Shown here piece after piece: positions 7,986-16,123 of a DNA stretch of 64,000 nucleotides. The notes under the pieces were generated by a model. The model was not told the origin of the DNA. It searched no databases and saw nothing but the letters and a program-made list of their open reading frames with translations. Source of the stretch: an uncultured Actinomycetota bacterium (GTDB lineage: Bacteria > Actinomycetota > Actinomycetes > Actinomycetales > Angustibacteraceae); the NCBI GenBank assembly GCA_963816695.1, contig CAWFLV010000002.1, forward strand, positions 31,667 to 95,666, in the 5' to 3' direction. The position numbers were made by a program, and so were the translations under genes. Position 1 is the first letter of the stretch. Each line of letters begins with the position of its first letter.

Positions 7986-9260
7986 CTAGGTCAGCCCCTG
8001 CGCCTTGCGACGTTCCTCCGGTAGGGGCGCCGCCCGCAAGAGACGAACCGGACGCTCTCGCCGGCTCAGCCGCCGGTGGACAGCCGACGCGCGGCGAGCC
8101 GGACTGCCGCCGGGCGGTCCGGCTTGCCGAGGGCCTTGCGCGGCAGGTCGTCGACGACGACCAGCTGACGAGGGCGCGGCCGACGGCCCGAGGCGGTCGG
8201 AGACCTCGCGTCGCACCGTCTCCAGCGAGGGAAGGGCAGTGCCGACGGCCAGCACCACCACACGCTGGCCCCACTCGTCGTCCGGGACACCGACGACCAG
8301 GCACTCCATCACGCCCTCGAGCTCCGCGACGACCGCCTCGACCGCCTGCGGCGCCACCTTCCTGCCGCCGGTGACGATCACGTCGTCGGCCCGACCGAGG
8401 ACGTGCAGGCGCTCGCCGTCGAGCTGCCCGACGTCGTCCGTGGTGAACCAGCGCATGCCGTCGTGGACGCCGAACTGCGGTGCCTGCGGGCGCAGCCGGT
8501 AGCCCCGGGCGACCACGGGGCCGCCGAGGCGGACGCGCGTGCCGGTCTGGACGCGAACGCCGTCCAGCGGCACGCCGTCGTAGACGCACCCCCCGCACGT
8601 CTCGGTCATCCCGTAGGTGGTGACGACGCGGACGTCGTGATTCCTGGCTGCCGAGAGGAGCGACGGCGTGGCCGCGGCCCCGCCGAGCAGCACCGCGTCG
8701 AAGCTGCGCAGTGCCTCGAGAGCCGCGTCGCCGGCGTCGAGCAGGCGCACCAGCTGCGTGGGGACGAGCGCCGTGTACCGGCGGCCGGGGGCACGTTCAG
8801 CCAGATCCCTTGCGGCAGAAGCGAAGACGTCCACGCGGAAGCCACCCACGAGAGGCATCACCTCCGGCATGGTGCCGGCAGCCAACGAGCGCAGCAGCAC
8901 CTGCACGCCGGCGACGTGGTGTGTCGCGAGCGCGAGCAGCCAGTGGCCGGGGCCGCCGAGGCGGTCGTGCGTTGCCGCAGCGGACGCCGCGAGCGCGGAG
9001 GCCTGCAGCAGCGCGCCCTTGGGCTCTCCCGACGACCCGGACGTCGCCACGACCAGCGCGGTCGGGTCCGAGGCGTCGTCCTCCCCGTCGCGCAACGGTG
9101 TGCCGGCTTCGAGCGTCTCGGCCGCGCGCGCGGACGCCGGGTCGTCCGACGTCGGCAGTAGCGCGTCGCCCGAGCCGTCCAGGGCTGCGCGCAGCAGGTC
9201 GAGCGACTCCGGCACGGAGGCGCGGGCCAGGTCGACGGCGGTCAGCAGGCGCGGCGCCAC
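7986..9260 (-). CDS. menE: o-succinylbenzoate-CoA ligase (ANL family), apparent 1-nt frameshift near 8171
   Basis: AMP-binding motifs are ATSGSSGEPKGA and TYGMTETCGG. After ...VSDRLGPSAAP the frame turns Arg/Pro-rich. The expected C-terminus RQLVVVDDLPRKALGKPDRPAAV is in the +1 frame (ORF 8066..8290) and ends at 8066. Confidence 0.85.
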   Translation of the reverse strand: MAPRLLTAVDLARASVPESLDLLRAALDGSGDALLPTSDDPASARAAETLEAGTPLRDGEDDASDPTALVVATSGSSGEPKGALLQASALAASAAATHDRLGGPGHWLLALATHHVAGVQVLLRSLAAGTMPEVMPLVGGFRVDVFASAARDLAERAPGRRYTALVPTQLVRLLDAGDAALEALRSFDAVLLGGAAATPSLLSAARNHDVRVVTTYGMTETCGGCVYDGVPLDGVRVQTGTRVRLGGPVVARGYRLRPQAPQFGVHDGMRWFTTDDVGQLDGERLHVLGRADDVIVTGGRKVAPQAVEAVVAELEGVMECLVVGVPDDEWGQRVVVLAVGTALPSLETVRREVSDRLGPSAAPSSAGRRRRPAAQGPRQAGPPGGSPARRASAVHRRLSRRERPVRLLRAAPLPEERRKAQGLT

Positions 9261-9266
9261 GGCGGG

Positions 9267-9845
9267 CTAGGCCGGTCCGTCGGGTAGCGGCACTCGGAAC
9301 ACCCTGAGCGACAACGCGAGCAGGTCGTAGTACCCCACGAGGGTCACCAGCTCGACGAGACGCTCCAGCCCCAGCACGTCACGCGCCAGGGAGAACTCGG
9401 CGTCCGCCAGGTCGCTGCGGTCCACCAGTGCGACGACGGTGTCGTGCGTCGCGGCCTCGGTGGGTGAGAGGGAGGCCGGCCGGCGCCGCGCGCGCAGAGC
9501 GGCCAGCTCGTCCTCCGTCAGACCCGCGTCGCGAGCGACGCGCTCGTGGGCGTACCACTCGAACTCGCTGCCTCGGGCGGCGGCCACCGTGAGGATGGCG
9601 ATCTCGCGGCTGCGGTCCGACAGCCCCGTCTCGTAGCGGATGGCGCTGCCGAGCCTCTGCAGCGCCATCCCCACCGCCGGGCTCGCCAGCATGGCGTTGA
9701 ACGGCCCCTCCAGGCCTCCGGCGTCGTCCACGAGACGGAAGAGCTGTGGACCACTCGCTCGACGGCCCGCGGTGATGGCGTCGTAGACCGCTCGCCGGTC
9801 GGCGTCCAACGCGTCCGGCGGGTACTTGGGCAGCCGCTGGTCCAC
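9267..9845 (-). CDS. carboxymuconolactone decarboxylase (AhpD-like) family protein
   Basis: 192 aa. REIAILTVAAARGSEFEWYAHERVA and LVELVTLVGYYDLLAL are typical of the CMD/AhpD-like fold. Confidence 0.75.
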   Translation of the reverse strand: MDQRLPKYPPDALDADRRAVYDAITAGRRASGPQLFRLVDDAGGLEGPFNAMLASPAVGMALQRLGSAIRYETGLSDRSREIAILTVAAARGSEFEWYAHERVARDAGLTEDELAALRARRRPASLSPTEAATHDTVVALVDRSDLADAEFSLARDVLGLERLVELVTLVGYYDLLALSLRVFRVPLPDGPA

Positions 9846-9877
9846 GTTTCCTCCGTGCGGTCAACAGGCGGGGCAGG

Positions 9878-9964
9878 CACCAGCTCACGCGCGATCTCGG
9901 TGTTGCTGCGGCCGTCGGCGAGCAGCGAGAGGACCTCGGCCTCGCGCTCGGTCAGACCGGTGAT
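9878..9964 (-). pseudogene. relic of a LuxR/NarL-type HTH domain (about 29 codons only)
   Basis: The minus-strand frame reads ITGLTEREAEVLSLLADGRSNTEIARELV, which is the first two helices of a LuxR_C HTH. The rest of the HTH and any receiver domain are absent. It is wedged between the CMD gene and abiEii. Confidence 0.55.
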
Positions 9965-9987
9965 GCGCCGCCACGGTAGCCCGACCG

Positions 9988-10815
9988 TCAGGCATCGGCG
10001 ATGCTCCTGATGAGGTGATCGACCCACGCGACCGCCGAATCGATGTCAGGGAGGACGTCGACGCCCTCGATCGCTGCCTCGTACAGGTCATCCCATCCGG
10101 CGCCTACGTCGATCGTCGGCGGCCACGCCTGAAGCCGTCGATAGGCGAATAGACGGATGCAGGTTGCTTGGACCTGAACCAGGTCAAGGTCCTCGCCGCT
10201 GTCGAGGAGCTGTAGGTCGACGAGGTCACGCACTCGCTCGCTGCCCGGCTCCGAGACGGCGTGGAGCTTCTGTGCGATCTGATGGTCCGCCCGCATCACA
10301 GGGATCGGTCCTGGCGCGGGAAGTCCGAGATCGGTGAAGAGTGCGACCAGATCGTCGGCGATCCGGAACTCGGGTTCGACAGCGTCATCGATCTCATTGT
10401 GGCCGAGCTCGAACTTCACCGTACGCCAGGACCGACCGAGGTAGTCGACCTTCACGTCGAACGGCTGCATGAGGTACGCAGGAGGAATGCCCGGCGGTCG
10501 TGGCGGCTTTCGATCAAGCAGCCGCCCAGTGAAACCGGCCCAGCCGTGAGTGAGCGAGGCCTCGAAGTCGTCGAGGAATTCAGTCAGCGGCTGGACCCGC
10601 GCGGCATCGAGGTCTCGGGTGAATCGACTGTCAGCGCGGCCGTAGCGCAGTGCCATGGCCGTGCCGCCTTTCACCGCACCTTCCGGGATCATCTGCCCGA
10701 CGACGACCATCGCCATCGTGACCTGGCGGCGCAACGAGTTGGTGTCGTCGGTCTCCAGATTGCGGATCCGCTGTTCCAGCGACTTCAGGTTCGGTGGCGG
10801 GGTCGAGTACGTCAC
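9988..10815 (-). CDS. abiEii: nucleotidyltransferase AbiEii/AbiGii-family toxin (DUF1814)
   Basis: 275 aa. GGTAMALRYGRADSRFTRDLD is the NTase GS/D-x-D region. The GTG start overlaps the abiEi stop (GTGA). GC looks lower than the flanks by eye. Confidence 0.85.
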   Translation of the reverse strand: MTYSTPPPNLKSLEQRIRNLETDDTNSLRRQVTMAMVVVGQMIPEGAVKGGTAMALRYGRADSRFTRDLDAARVQPLTEFLDDFEASLTHGWAGFTGRLLDRKPPRPPGIPPAYLMQPFDVKVDYLGRSWRTVKFELGHNEIDDAVEPEFRIADDLVALFTDLGLPAPGPIPVMRADHQIAQKLHAVSEPGSERVRDLVDLQLLDSGEDLDLVQVQATCIRLFAYRRLQAWPPTIDVGAGWDDLYEAAIEGVDVLPDIDSAVAWVDHLIRSIADA

Positions 10816-11393
10816 GAGGCGCTCTGCTCCGCGTGGCCCGAACCGGTCTTGCGCAGCTCGCGATGCAACGTCGTGTACTCGGCGCGGGTCACCAAGCCCT
10901 CCTTGCGAGCGTCGCGAACGGCCTCCATCAGGCGCGCCCGCTCGATCCGACCTCGGCAGTCGAGGATCGCGTCAGCGACCCGCATGGCGAGCAGACCCTC
11001 GTAGCGAGTGAGGTTGGGCGCCTCGCCGCGCGGCGGGGCAGTTACGTCCATGAAGGCCGGCATCTTGGCCCGCGTCCGTTTCGGTGCGACGACGCGGATC
11101 TTGCGAGGGTTGACGTCAGCAAGACCGAACAGTGCCAGCACCGAGTCACCGCGCAGATAGGCACCGTCCCCCGCGCGGAGCAGCGCCTCGGCGAACTGAT
11201 CGAGGGGCGATCCTGGCGCGTCAGGAACTCGATAGATCCCGTAGGCGACGTTGACCAGCGCCCCGCGGGCAGCCAGCTTGCGCAGCTCGACTGCCGGGAC
11301 ACCCGCTGCGACCGCGTTCTTGGTGGTGATGAAGCCGTAATCGCCCACTGCGATCTCACGCACTAGGTCTCGGTACTTCACCTCGGCAGCCAT
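10812..11393 (-). CDS. abiEi: type IV toxin-antitoxin AbiEi-family antitoxin (wHTH transcriptional regulator)
   Basis: MAAEVKYRDLVREIAVGDYGFITTKNAVAAGVPAVELRKLAARGALVNVAYGIYRV is an AbiEi_4-type winged helix. The frame is open to GTG 11432, but ATG 11393 fits family N-termini. Confidence 0.82.
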   Translation of the reverse strand: MAAEVKYRDLVREIAVGDYGFITTKNAVAAGVPAVELRKLAARGALVNVAYGIYRVPDAPGSPLDQFAEALLRAGDGAYLRGDSVLALFGLADVNPRKIRVVAPKRTRAKMPAFMDVTAPPRGEAPNLTRYEGLLAMRVADAILDCRGRIERARLMEAVRDARKEGLVTRAEYTTLHRELRKTGSGHAEQSAS

Positions 11394-11397
11394 GGCA

Positions 11398-11423
11398 CAA
11401 CCGTACCGAAAACGGTACGGTTG
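11398..11423. promoter_or_regulatory. perfect inverted repeat CAACCGTACCG-AAAA-CGGTACGGTTG, candidate AbiEi operator
   Basis: 11-bp arms, immediately upstream of the abiEi ATG. AbiEi antitoxins are known to autorepress through inverted repeats in their promoters. Confidence 0.6.
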
Positions 11424-11455
11424 CGCCAGCACCTGACCTGCGCGAACGCGTCCGA

Positions 11456-12391
11456 TCAGTAGTACCAGGGGAACGCTGACCAGTCGGGGTCGCGCTTCTC
11501 CAGGAAGGCGTCGCGACCCTCCACGGCCTCGTCCGTCATGTAGGCCAGCCGGGTCGCCTCACCGGCGAAGACCTGCTGACCCATCAGACCGTCGTCGGTG
11601 AGGTTGAAGGCGAACTTCAGCATCCGCTGGGCCGTCGGGCTCTTGCCGTTGATCTCACGCGCCCACTGCAGCGCAACGGTTTCGAGCTCGTCGTGGTCAA
11701 CGACCTCGTTGACGGCGCCCATCCGCTGCATCGTCTCGGCGTCGTAGGTGCGGCCGAGGAAGAAGATCTCGCGCGCGTTCTTCTGTCCGACCATCTTCGC
11801 GAGGTAGGCCGAGCCGTACCCGCCGTCGAACGAGCCGACGTCGGCGTCGGTCTGCTTGAACCGCGCGTGCTCTCGGCTGGCGATCGTGAGGTCGCACACC
11901 ACGTGGAGGCTGTGGCCGCCCCCCGCCGCCCAGCCCGGTACCACCGCGATCACGACCTTCGGCATGGTGCGGATGAGCCGCTGCACCTCCAGGATGTGCA
12001 GCCGGCCACCGGCCGCCTTCACCCGCGCCTCGTCGACCGTGTCGGCCGTCTCCCCGCTCGCGTACTGGTAGCCGCTGCGGCCGCGGATGCGCTGGTCGCC
12101 GCCAGAGCAGAACGCCCACCCACCGTCGCGGGGGCTCGGTCCGTTGCCGGTCAGCAGCACGCACCCGACGTCCGGCGTCATGCGCGCGTGGTCCAGCGCC
12201 CGGTAGAGCTCGTCGACGGTGTGCGGGCGGAACGCGTTGCGCACCTCCGGCCGGTCGAACGCGATGCGCACCGTGCCGACGTCGCGACCGCCCTCGACCG
12301 CGCGGTGGTAGGTGATGTCGGTGAAGTCGAAGCCCTCGACCTCCCGCCAGGCCGAACGGTCGAAGACGTCGCTCACTCGCTCACTCGTCAC
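11456..12391 (-). CDS. menB: 1,4-dihydroxy-2-naphthoyl-CoA synthase
   Basis: Crotonase fold: RPEVRNAFRPHTVDELYRALDHARM, LLTGNGPSPRDGGWAFCSGGDQRIRG, C-terminal DPDWSAFPWYY. The start is uncertain, either GTG 12391 or GTG 12376. The ORF-track frame extends to 12634. Confidence 0.93.
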   Translation of the reverse strand: MTSERVSDVFDRSAWREVEGFDFTDITYHRAVEGGRDVGTVRIAFDRPEVRNAFRPHTVDELYRALDHARMTPDVGCVLLTGNGPSPRDGGWAFCSGGDQRIRGRSGYQYASGETADTVDEARVKAAGGRLHILEVQRLIRTMPKVVIAVVPGWAAGGGHSLHVVCDLTIASREHARFKQTDADVGSFDGGYGSAYLAKMVGQKNAREIFFLGRTYDAETMQRMGAVNEVVDHDELETVALQWAREINGKSPTAQRMLKFAFNLTDDGLMGQQVFAGEATRLAYMTDEAVEGRDAFLEKRDPDWSAFPWYY

Positions 12392-12409
12392 ATCGGCGAG
12401 GATAGGGGG

Positions 12410-13405
12410 GTGCTCCCCGACCTCGACGCGCTGCTGGCGGACGCGCACGTCGTGAGCCTGCCCCTGCGCGTTCGGTTCCGTGGTGTCACCACGCGGGAGG
12501 CGGTGGTCCTGCGCGGGCCTGCGGGCTGGGGCGAGTTCTCGCCCTTCGTCGAGTACGACGACCTCGAAGCCTCCCGCTGGCTCGCCGCGGCGATCGAGAG
12601 CGCCTGGTCGGCTCCGCCAGAACCGTTGCGGCACAACGTCCCGGTCAACGCGACGGTCCCTGCGCTGCCGGCGTCCGGCGTCGCGTCGGTGCTCGCGCGG
12701 TTCGACGGGTGCCGCACGGCCAAGGTCAAGGTCGCCGAGCCCGGCCAGACGCTCGCCGACGACGTTGCCCGGGTCGCCGAGGTCCGGGCCCTCATGGGGG
12801 CGTCCGCCCGCGTGCGCGTCGACGCGAACGGCGCCTGGTCGGTCGACGACGCGCTACGGGCAGTGCAGGCGCTCGCGGTGCACGACCTCGAGTACGTGGA
12901 GCAGCCCTGCGCGTCCCTCGACGAGCTGGCCGAGCTGCGGGTGCGCCTGGCCCGGGCAGGGCTCGACGTGCCGGTCGCCGCCGACGAGAGCATCCGCAAG
13001 GCCGACGACCCGCTGCGCGTGGCGGCCCGGGGCAGCGCCGACGTCGTCGTGGTCAAGGTGGCGCCGCTCGGGGGCGTCCGCGCAGCCCTCGCCGTCGCCG
13101 AACGCTGCGGGCTGCCCGCCGTCGTCTCGTCCGCCCTCGACACCTCGGTCGGGATCGCGGCGGGGGTGGCGCTGGCCGCGGCCCTCCCCGCGCTGCCCTA
13201 CGCCTGCGGGCTGGGCACGGTGGGCCTGTTCGAGCAGGACGTCGCGTCGTCCCCGCTGCGTCCGTCCGGCGGCGGCATCGACGTCGCCCGGGCCCGGCGG
13301 ACGGACCCCGACCGGCTGGCGCGGTGCGCGGCGACGCCAGAGCGCACCCAGTGGTGGTTCGACCGGTTGTCCCGCTGTCACGCGGTCCTCACCGCGAGGC
13401 GCTGA
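12410..13405 (+). CDS. menC: o-succinylbenzoate synthase (enolase superfamily)
   Basis: GTG 12410 is preceded by GAGGATAGGGGG. VVSLPLRVRFRGVTTREAVVLRGPAGWGEFSPF is present, along with the metal ligands RVDANGAW, LEYVEQP and ADES. Confidence 0.88.
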   Translation: MLPDLDALLADAHVVSLPLRVRFRGVTTREAVVLRGPAGWGEFSPFVEYDDLEASRWLAAAIESAWSAPPEPLRHNVPVNATVPALPASGVASVLARFDGCRTAKVKVAEPGQTLADDVARVAEVRALMGASARVRVDANGAWSVDDALRAVQALAVHDLEYVEQPCASLDELAELRVRLARAGLDVPVAADESIRKADDPLRVAARGSADVVVVKVAPLGGVRAALAVAERCGLPAVVSSALDTSVGIAAGVALAAALPALPYACGLGTVGLFEQDVASSPLRPSGGGIDVARARRTDPDRLARCAATPERTQWWFDRLSRCHAVLTARR

Positions 13406-14228
13406 GCGCCGCCTCCCGCCCCAGCACCGCCCACACGAGCTTGCCGCCACCGGCAGCCGGCAAGGCGCCCGAGGCCCGCGCCAACGACTGCACGATCCGC
13501 AGGCCGCGCCCGTCGAGGCTGTCGGGGTCTTCGTTGCGCGTCACCGGCGGCCGTTCCTCGCGGTCACGGACCGCGATGCGCAGGTCACCGTGGTACTCGG
13601 CCAGGTGCACGTCGACCTCGCCGCGGCCGTGCTCGACGGCGTTCGTCACCAGCTCGCTGACGACGAGCGGCCCGGCCGAGAGGTGCTCGGCGACGTCCCA
13701 CCCCGAGCAGGTGCGGGACAGGAAGCGTCGGGAGTCGCGCGCCGCGTGCGCTCCTGGCTGCAACCGGACCGACGACGTGCGCGGCCTCGGCAGGCTCGTG
13801 ATCTGCGACCACGCGTGCAGCAGGGACGACGACCGCTGGAGGAAGCGAGCCTCCGGGCGGTGTGCCGCGGCCGCCCAGGTCGCGTCATCCGGGCACACCA
13901 CGACGACCGGTGTGGGCGGCCAGCTGTGCACGTGGCGTCCCAACCGGTCCCACAGCTCGAGGTCCGCACCGGTGGCCCGCTCGTCGCCGCTGACGCTGCA
14001 GGCCACGCCCCGAGGGTTCTCGGCCAGGGCGAGCTGCACCGCCAGGTCGACGTCGTCAGCGACGGCCAGGGGCTCGCCGCTCACCTCGATCAGCCAGACG
14101 TCGTGGTACTTGTAGGCAGTCACCTCACGGCTGGCGCCGAGGGTCACGCGCGCCGACCAGCTGGAGCCGGCCCAGCTCCTCTCGGACGGCATGGGACCGG
14201 CGTCTCCCCGTTGCACCCACTGCGACAT
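13389..14228 (-). CDS. fused STAS-like / RsbW-like HATPase (anti-sigma serine kinase-type) protein
   Basis: The N-terminal half resembles an anti-sigma antagonist (WLIEVSGEPLAVADDVDLAVQLALAENPRGVACSVSG). The C-terminal half has the N-box SELVTNAVEHG and the G1-like DSLDGRGLRIV. Confidence 0.7.
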   Translation of the reverse strand: MSQWVQRGDAGPMPSERSWAGSSWSARVTLGASREVTAYKYHDVWLIEVSGEPLAVADDVDLAVQLALAENPRGVACSVSGDERATGADLELWDRLGRHVHSWPPTPVVVVCPDDATWAAAAHRPEARFLQRSSSLLHAWSQITSLPRPRTSSVRLQPGAHAARDSRRFLSRTCSGWDVAEHLSAGPLVVSELVTNAVEHGRGEVDVHLAEYHGDLRIAVRDREERPPVTRNEDPDSLDGRGLRIVQSLARASGALPAAGGGKLVWAVLGREAALSASR

Positions 14229-14320
14229 GACGAGTCCCGCGTCCCGGCGCGCCTTCCACGCCTGCGGCCACGCTACGCCCCTGGGGCGAACCCGGCGAGA
14301 CGTGCGGCAGGATCAGCGTC

Positions 14321-16030
14321 GTGAACCCCAGCACCGCCTGCGCCGACGTCGTGATCGACGAGCTCGTGCGCCACGGCGTCCAGGACGCGGTGCTCTGCCC
14401 CGGGTCGCGATCGGCGCCGCTCGCGTTCGCGCTGCTCGCGGCTGACCGCGCCGGACGGCTGAGGCTGCACGTGCGCACCGACGAGCGCTCCGCCGCCTTC
14501 CTGGCCCTCGGCCTCGCGAAGGGCAGCCGCCGCGCGGTGCCGGTCGTGACGACGTCCGGGACGGCGGTGGCGAACCTCCACCCGGCGGTGCTGGAGGCCT
14601 CGCACGCCGGCGTCCCGCTGCTGCTGCTCACCGCCGACCGGCCGCCGGAGCTGCGCGGAACGGGCGCGAACCAGACCACCCAGCAGGTCGGCGTCTTCGG
14701 CGCCGCGGTGCGCTGGCAGCACGACCTGGGCACCCCCGACACGCGTCCCGGGCAGGTGCCTGGGTGGCGGTCGTCCGTGTCGCGGGCGATGGCCGCTGCG
14801 ACCGGCGCGCGAGGTGGCGCGCCCGGCCCGGTGCACCTCAACCTGCCGTTGCGCGAGCCGCTCGTGCCTGGCGACGACCCCGCCGTCAACGAGTCGCTCG
14901 ACGGACGCGACGGCGGACGCCCCTGGACGGCCGTCGAGGCCGAGCCGCGGGTGCGGCGCGCGCTGTCGGCACCGCCGGTACCGGACGACGGTCGACGCAC
15001 CGTCGTGGTGGTGGGAGACCTGCCGATCGACGACGTCGACTGGGGCCAGGCCGCGGCCGAGCTGGCCCTCGCCAGGGGCTGGCCGCTGCTCGCCGAGCCG
15101 TCCAGCGGTGCGGCCCGCACGCACGCGCTGCCCCACGGCACCCTGCTGCTCGGTGCGCGCGACTGGATCGAGCGGCACCGGCCCGAGCGCGTCGTCGTCG
15201 TCGGCCGCGTCACGCTCGCTCGTCCGGTCGCGCGACTGCTCACCGACCCCGCCGTCGACGTCGACCTCGTCACCGGCCCCGGTCCCTGGCCGGACCCGGC
15301 CGCCCGCGTGCGGCAGGTGCTGCCACTGGAGTCGCTCCTCGTCGAGGGCGGCACCGGCGGGGCCCCGGACGTCGGCTGGCTCGCCGCCTGGTCGGACGCC
15401 GCAACCGCTGTGGCGCAGGCGGTCTCGGATCCGATCGCCGACAGCTGGCCGTCCGGTGTCGCGGTGGCCCGGCTCGTCACGTCCTCGGTGGCCACCGACG
15501 CCCTGGTGTTCGCCGGCTCCTCGAACCCGGTGCGAGACCTGGAGGTCGCCGGGTCACCGGGCCCGTGCGTGGTCGCCAGCCGTGGGCTCGCGGGCATCGA
15601 CGGCTGCCTGTCGACCGCCGCCGGGCTGGCGCTCGCGGACGAGCGGCCGACGTACGCGCTCGTCGGTGACCTCACGTTCCTGCACGACGTCGGCGGGCTC
15701 GTCGTCGGGCCGCACGAGCCGCAGCCCGACCTCACGGTCGTGGTCGTCAACGACGACGGCGGCGGCATCTTCACGCTGCTCGAGCCGGGCGCCGCCGAGC
15801 ACGCCGACGCGTTCGAGCGCGTCTTCGGCACGCCGCACGGCGCCGACCTCGGCGAGCTGAGCCGAGGCGCCGGCGCGCGGCACACCCTCGCGACGACCCC
15901 CGACGAGCTCGTGGCCGCGGTGTCGCAGCGGCCGAGCGGCCGCCACGTCGTCGAGGTCCGCGTCGACCGCTCGGCGCACCGCGACCTGCACGCTCGACTG
16001 CGCGAGCTGGCCGCGGCGGCCCTGCGCTGA
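14321..16030 (+). CDS. menD: 2-succinyl-5-enolpyruvyl-6-hydroxy-3-cyclohexene-1-carboxylate synthase
   Basis: 569-aa ThDP enzyme with CPGSRSAPLAFAL, TTSGTAVANLHPAVLEA and LLLTADRPPELRGTGANQT. Confidence 0.93.
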   Translation: MNPSTACADVVIDELVRHGVQDAVLCPGSRSAPLAFALLAADRAGRLRLHVRTDERSAAFLALGLAKGSRRAVPVVTTSGTAVANLHPAVLEASHAGVPLLLLTADRPPELRGTGANQTTQQVGVFGAAVRWQHDLGTPDTRPGQVPGWRSSVSRAMAAATGARGGAPGPVHLNLPLREPLVPGDDPAVNESLDGRDGGRPWTAVEAEPRVRRALSAPPVPDDGRRTVVVVGDLPIDDVDWGQAAAELALARGWPLLAEPSSGAARTHALPHGTLLLGARDWIERHRPERVVVVGRVTLARPVARLLTDPAVDVDLVTGPGPWPDPAARVRQVLPLESLLVEGGTGGAPDVGWLAAWSDAATAVAQAVSDPIADSWPSGVAVARLVTSSVATDALVFAGSSNPVRDLEVAGSPGPCVVASRGLAGIDGCLSTAAGLALADERPTYALVGDLTFLHDVGGLVVGPHEPQPDLTVVVVNDDGGGIFTLLEPGAAEHADAFERVFGTPHGADLGELSRGAGARHTLATTPDELVAAVSQRPSGRHVVEVRVDRSAHRDLHARLRELAAAALR

Positions 16031-16045
16031 GCCGCGCGCCGACCT

Positions 16046-16088
16046 TTGCGCCGTCCAGGCCGCGGCCGAACGGCGCAACGCGGCCTGG
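16046..16088. terminator. GC-rich interleaved inverted repeats between convergent menD and menF (putative bidirectional terminator)
   Basis: TTGCGCCGT (16046-54) pairs with ACGGCGCAA (16070-78). CCAGGCCGCG (16055-64) pairs with CGCGGCCTGG (16079-88). There is no U-tract. Confidence 0.4.
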
Positions 16089-16123
16089 GGGGCGGAATGC
16101 GGCCTGAGTGGCGGAAAGGGGGT

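Noticed and set aside
10812-11432. Longer AbiEi start at GTG 11432
   Set aside because: The 13 extra codons would be encoded by the perfect palindrome itself (QPYRFRYG), and family N-termini match MAAEVKYRDLV. I prefer ATG 11393 but cannot exclude the longer form.
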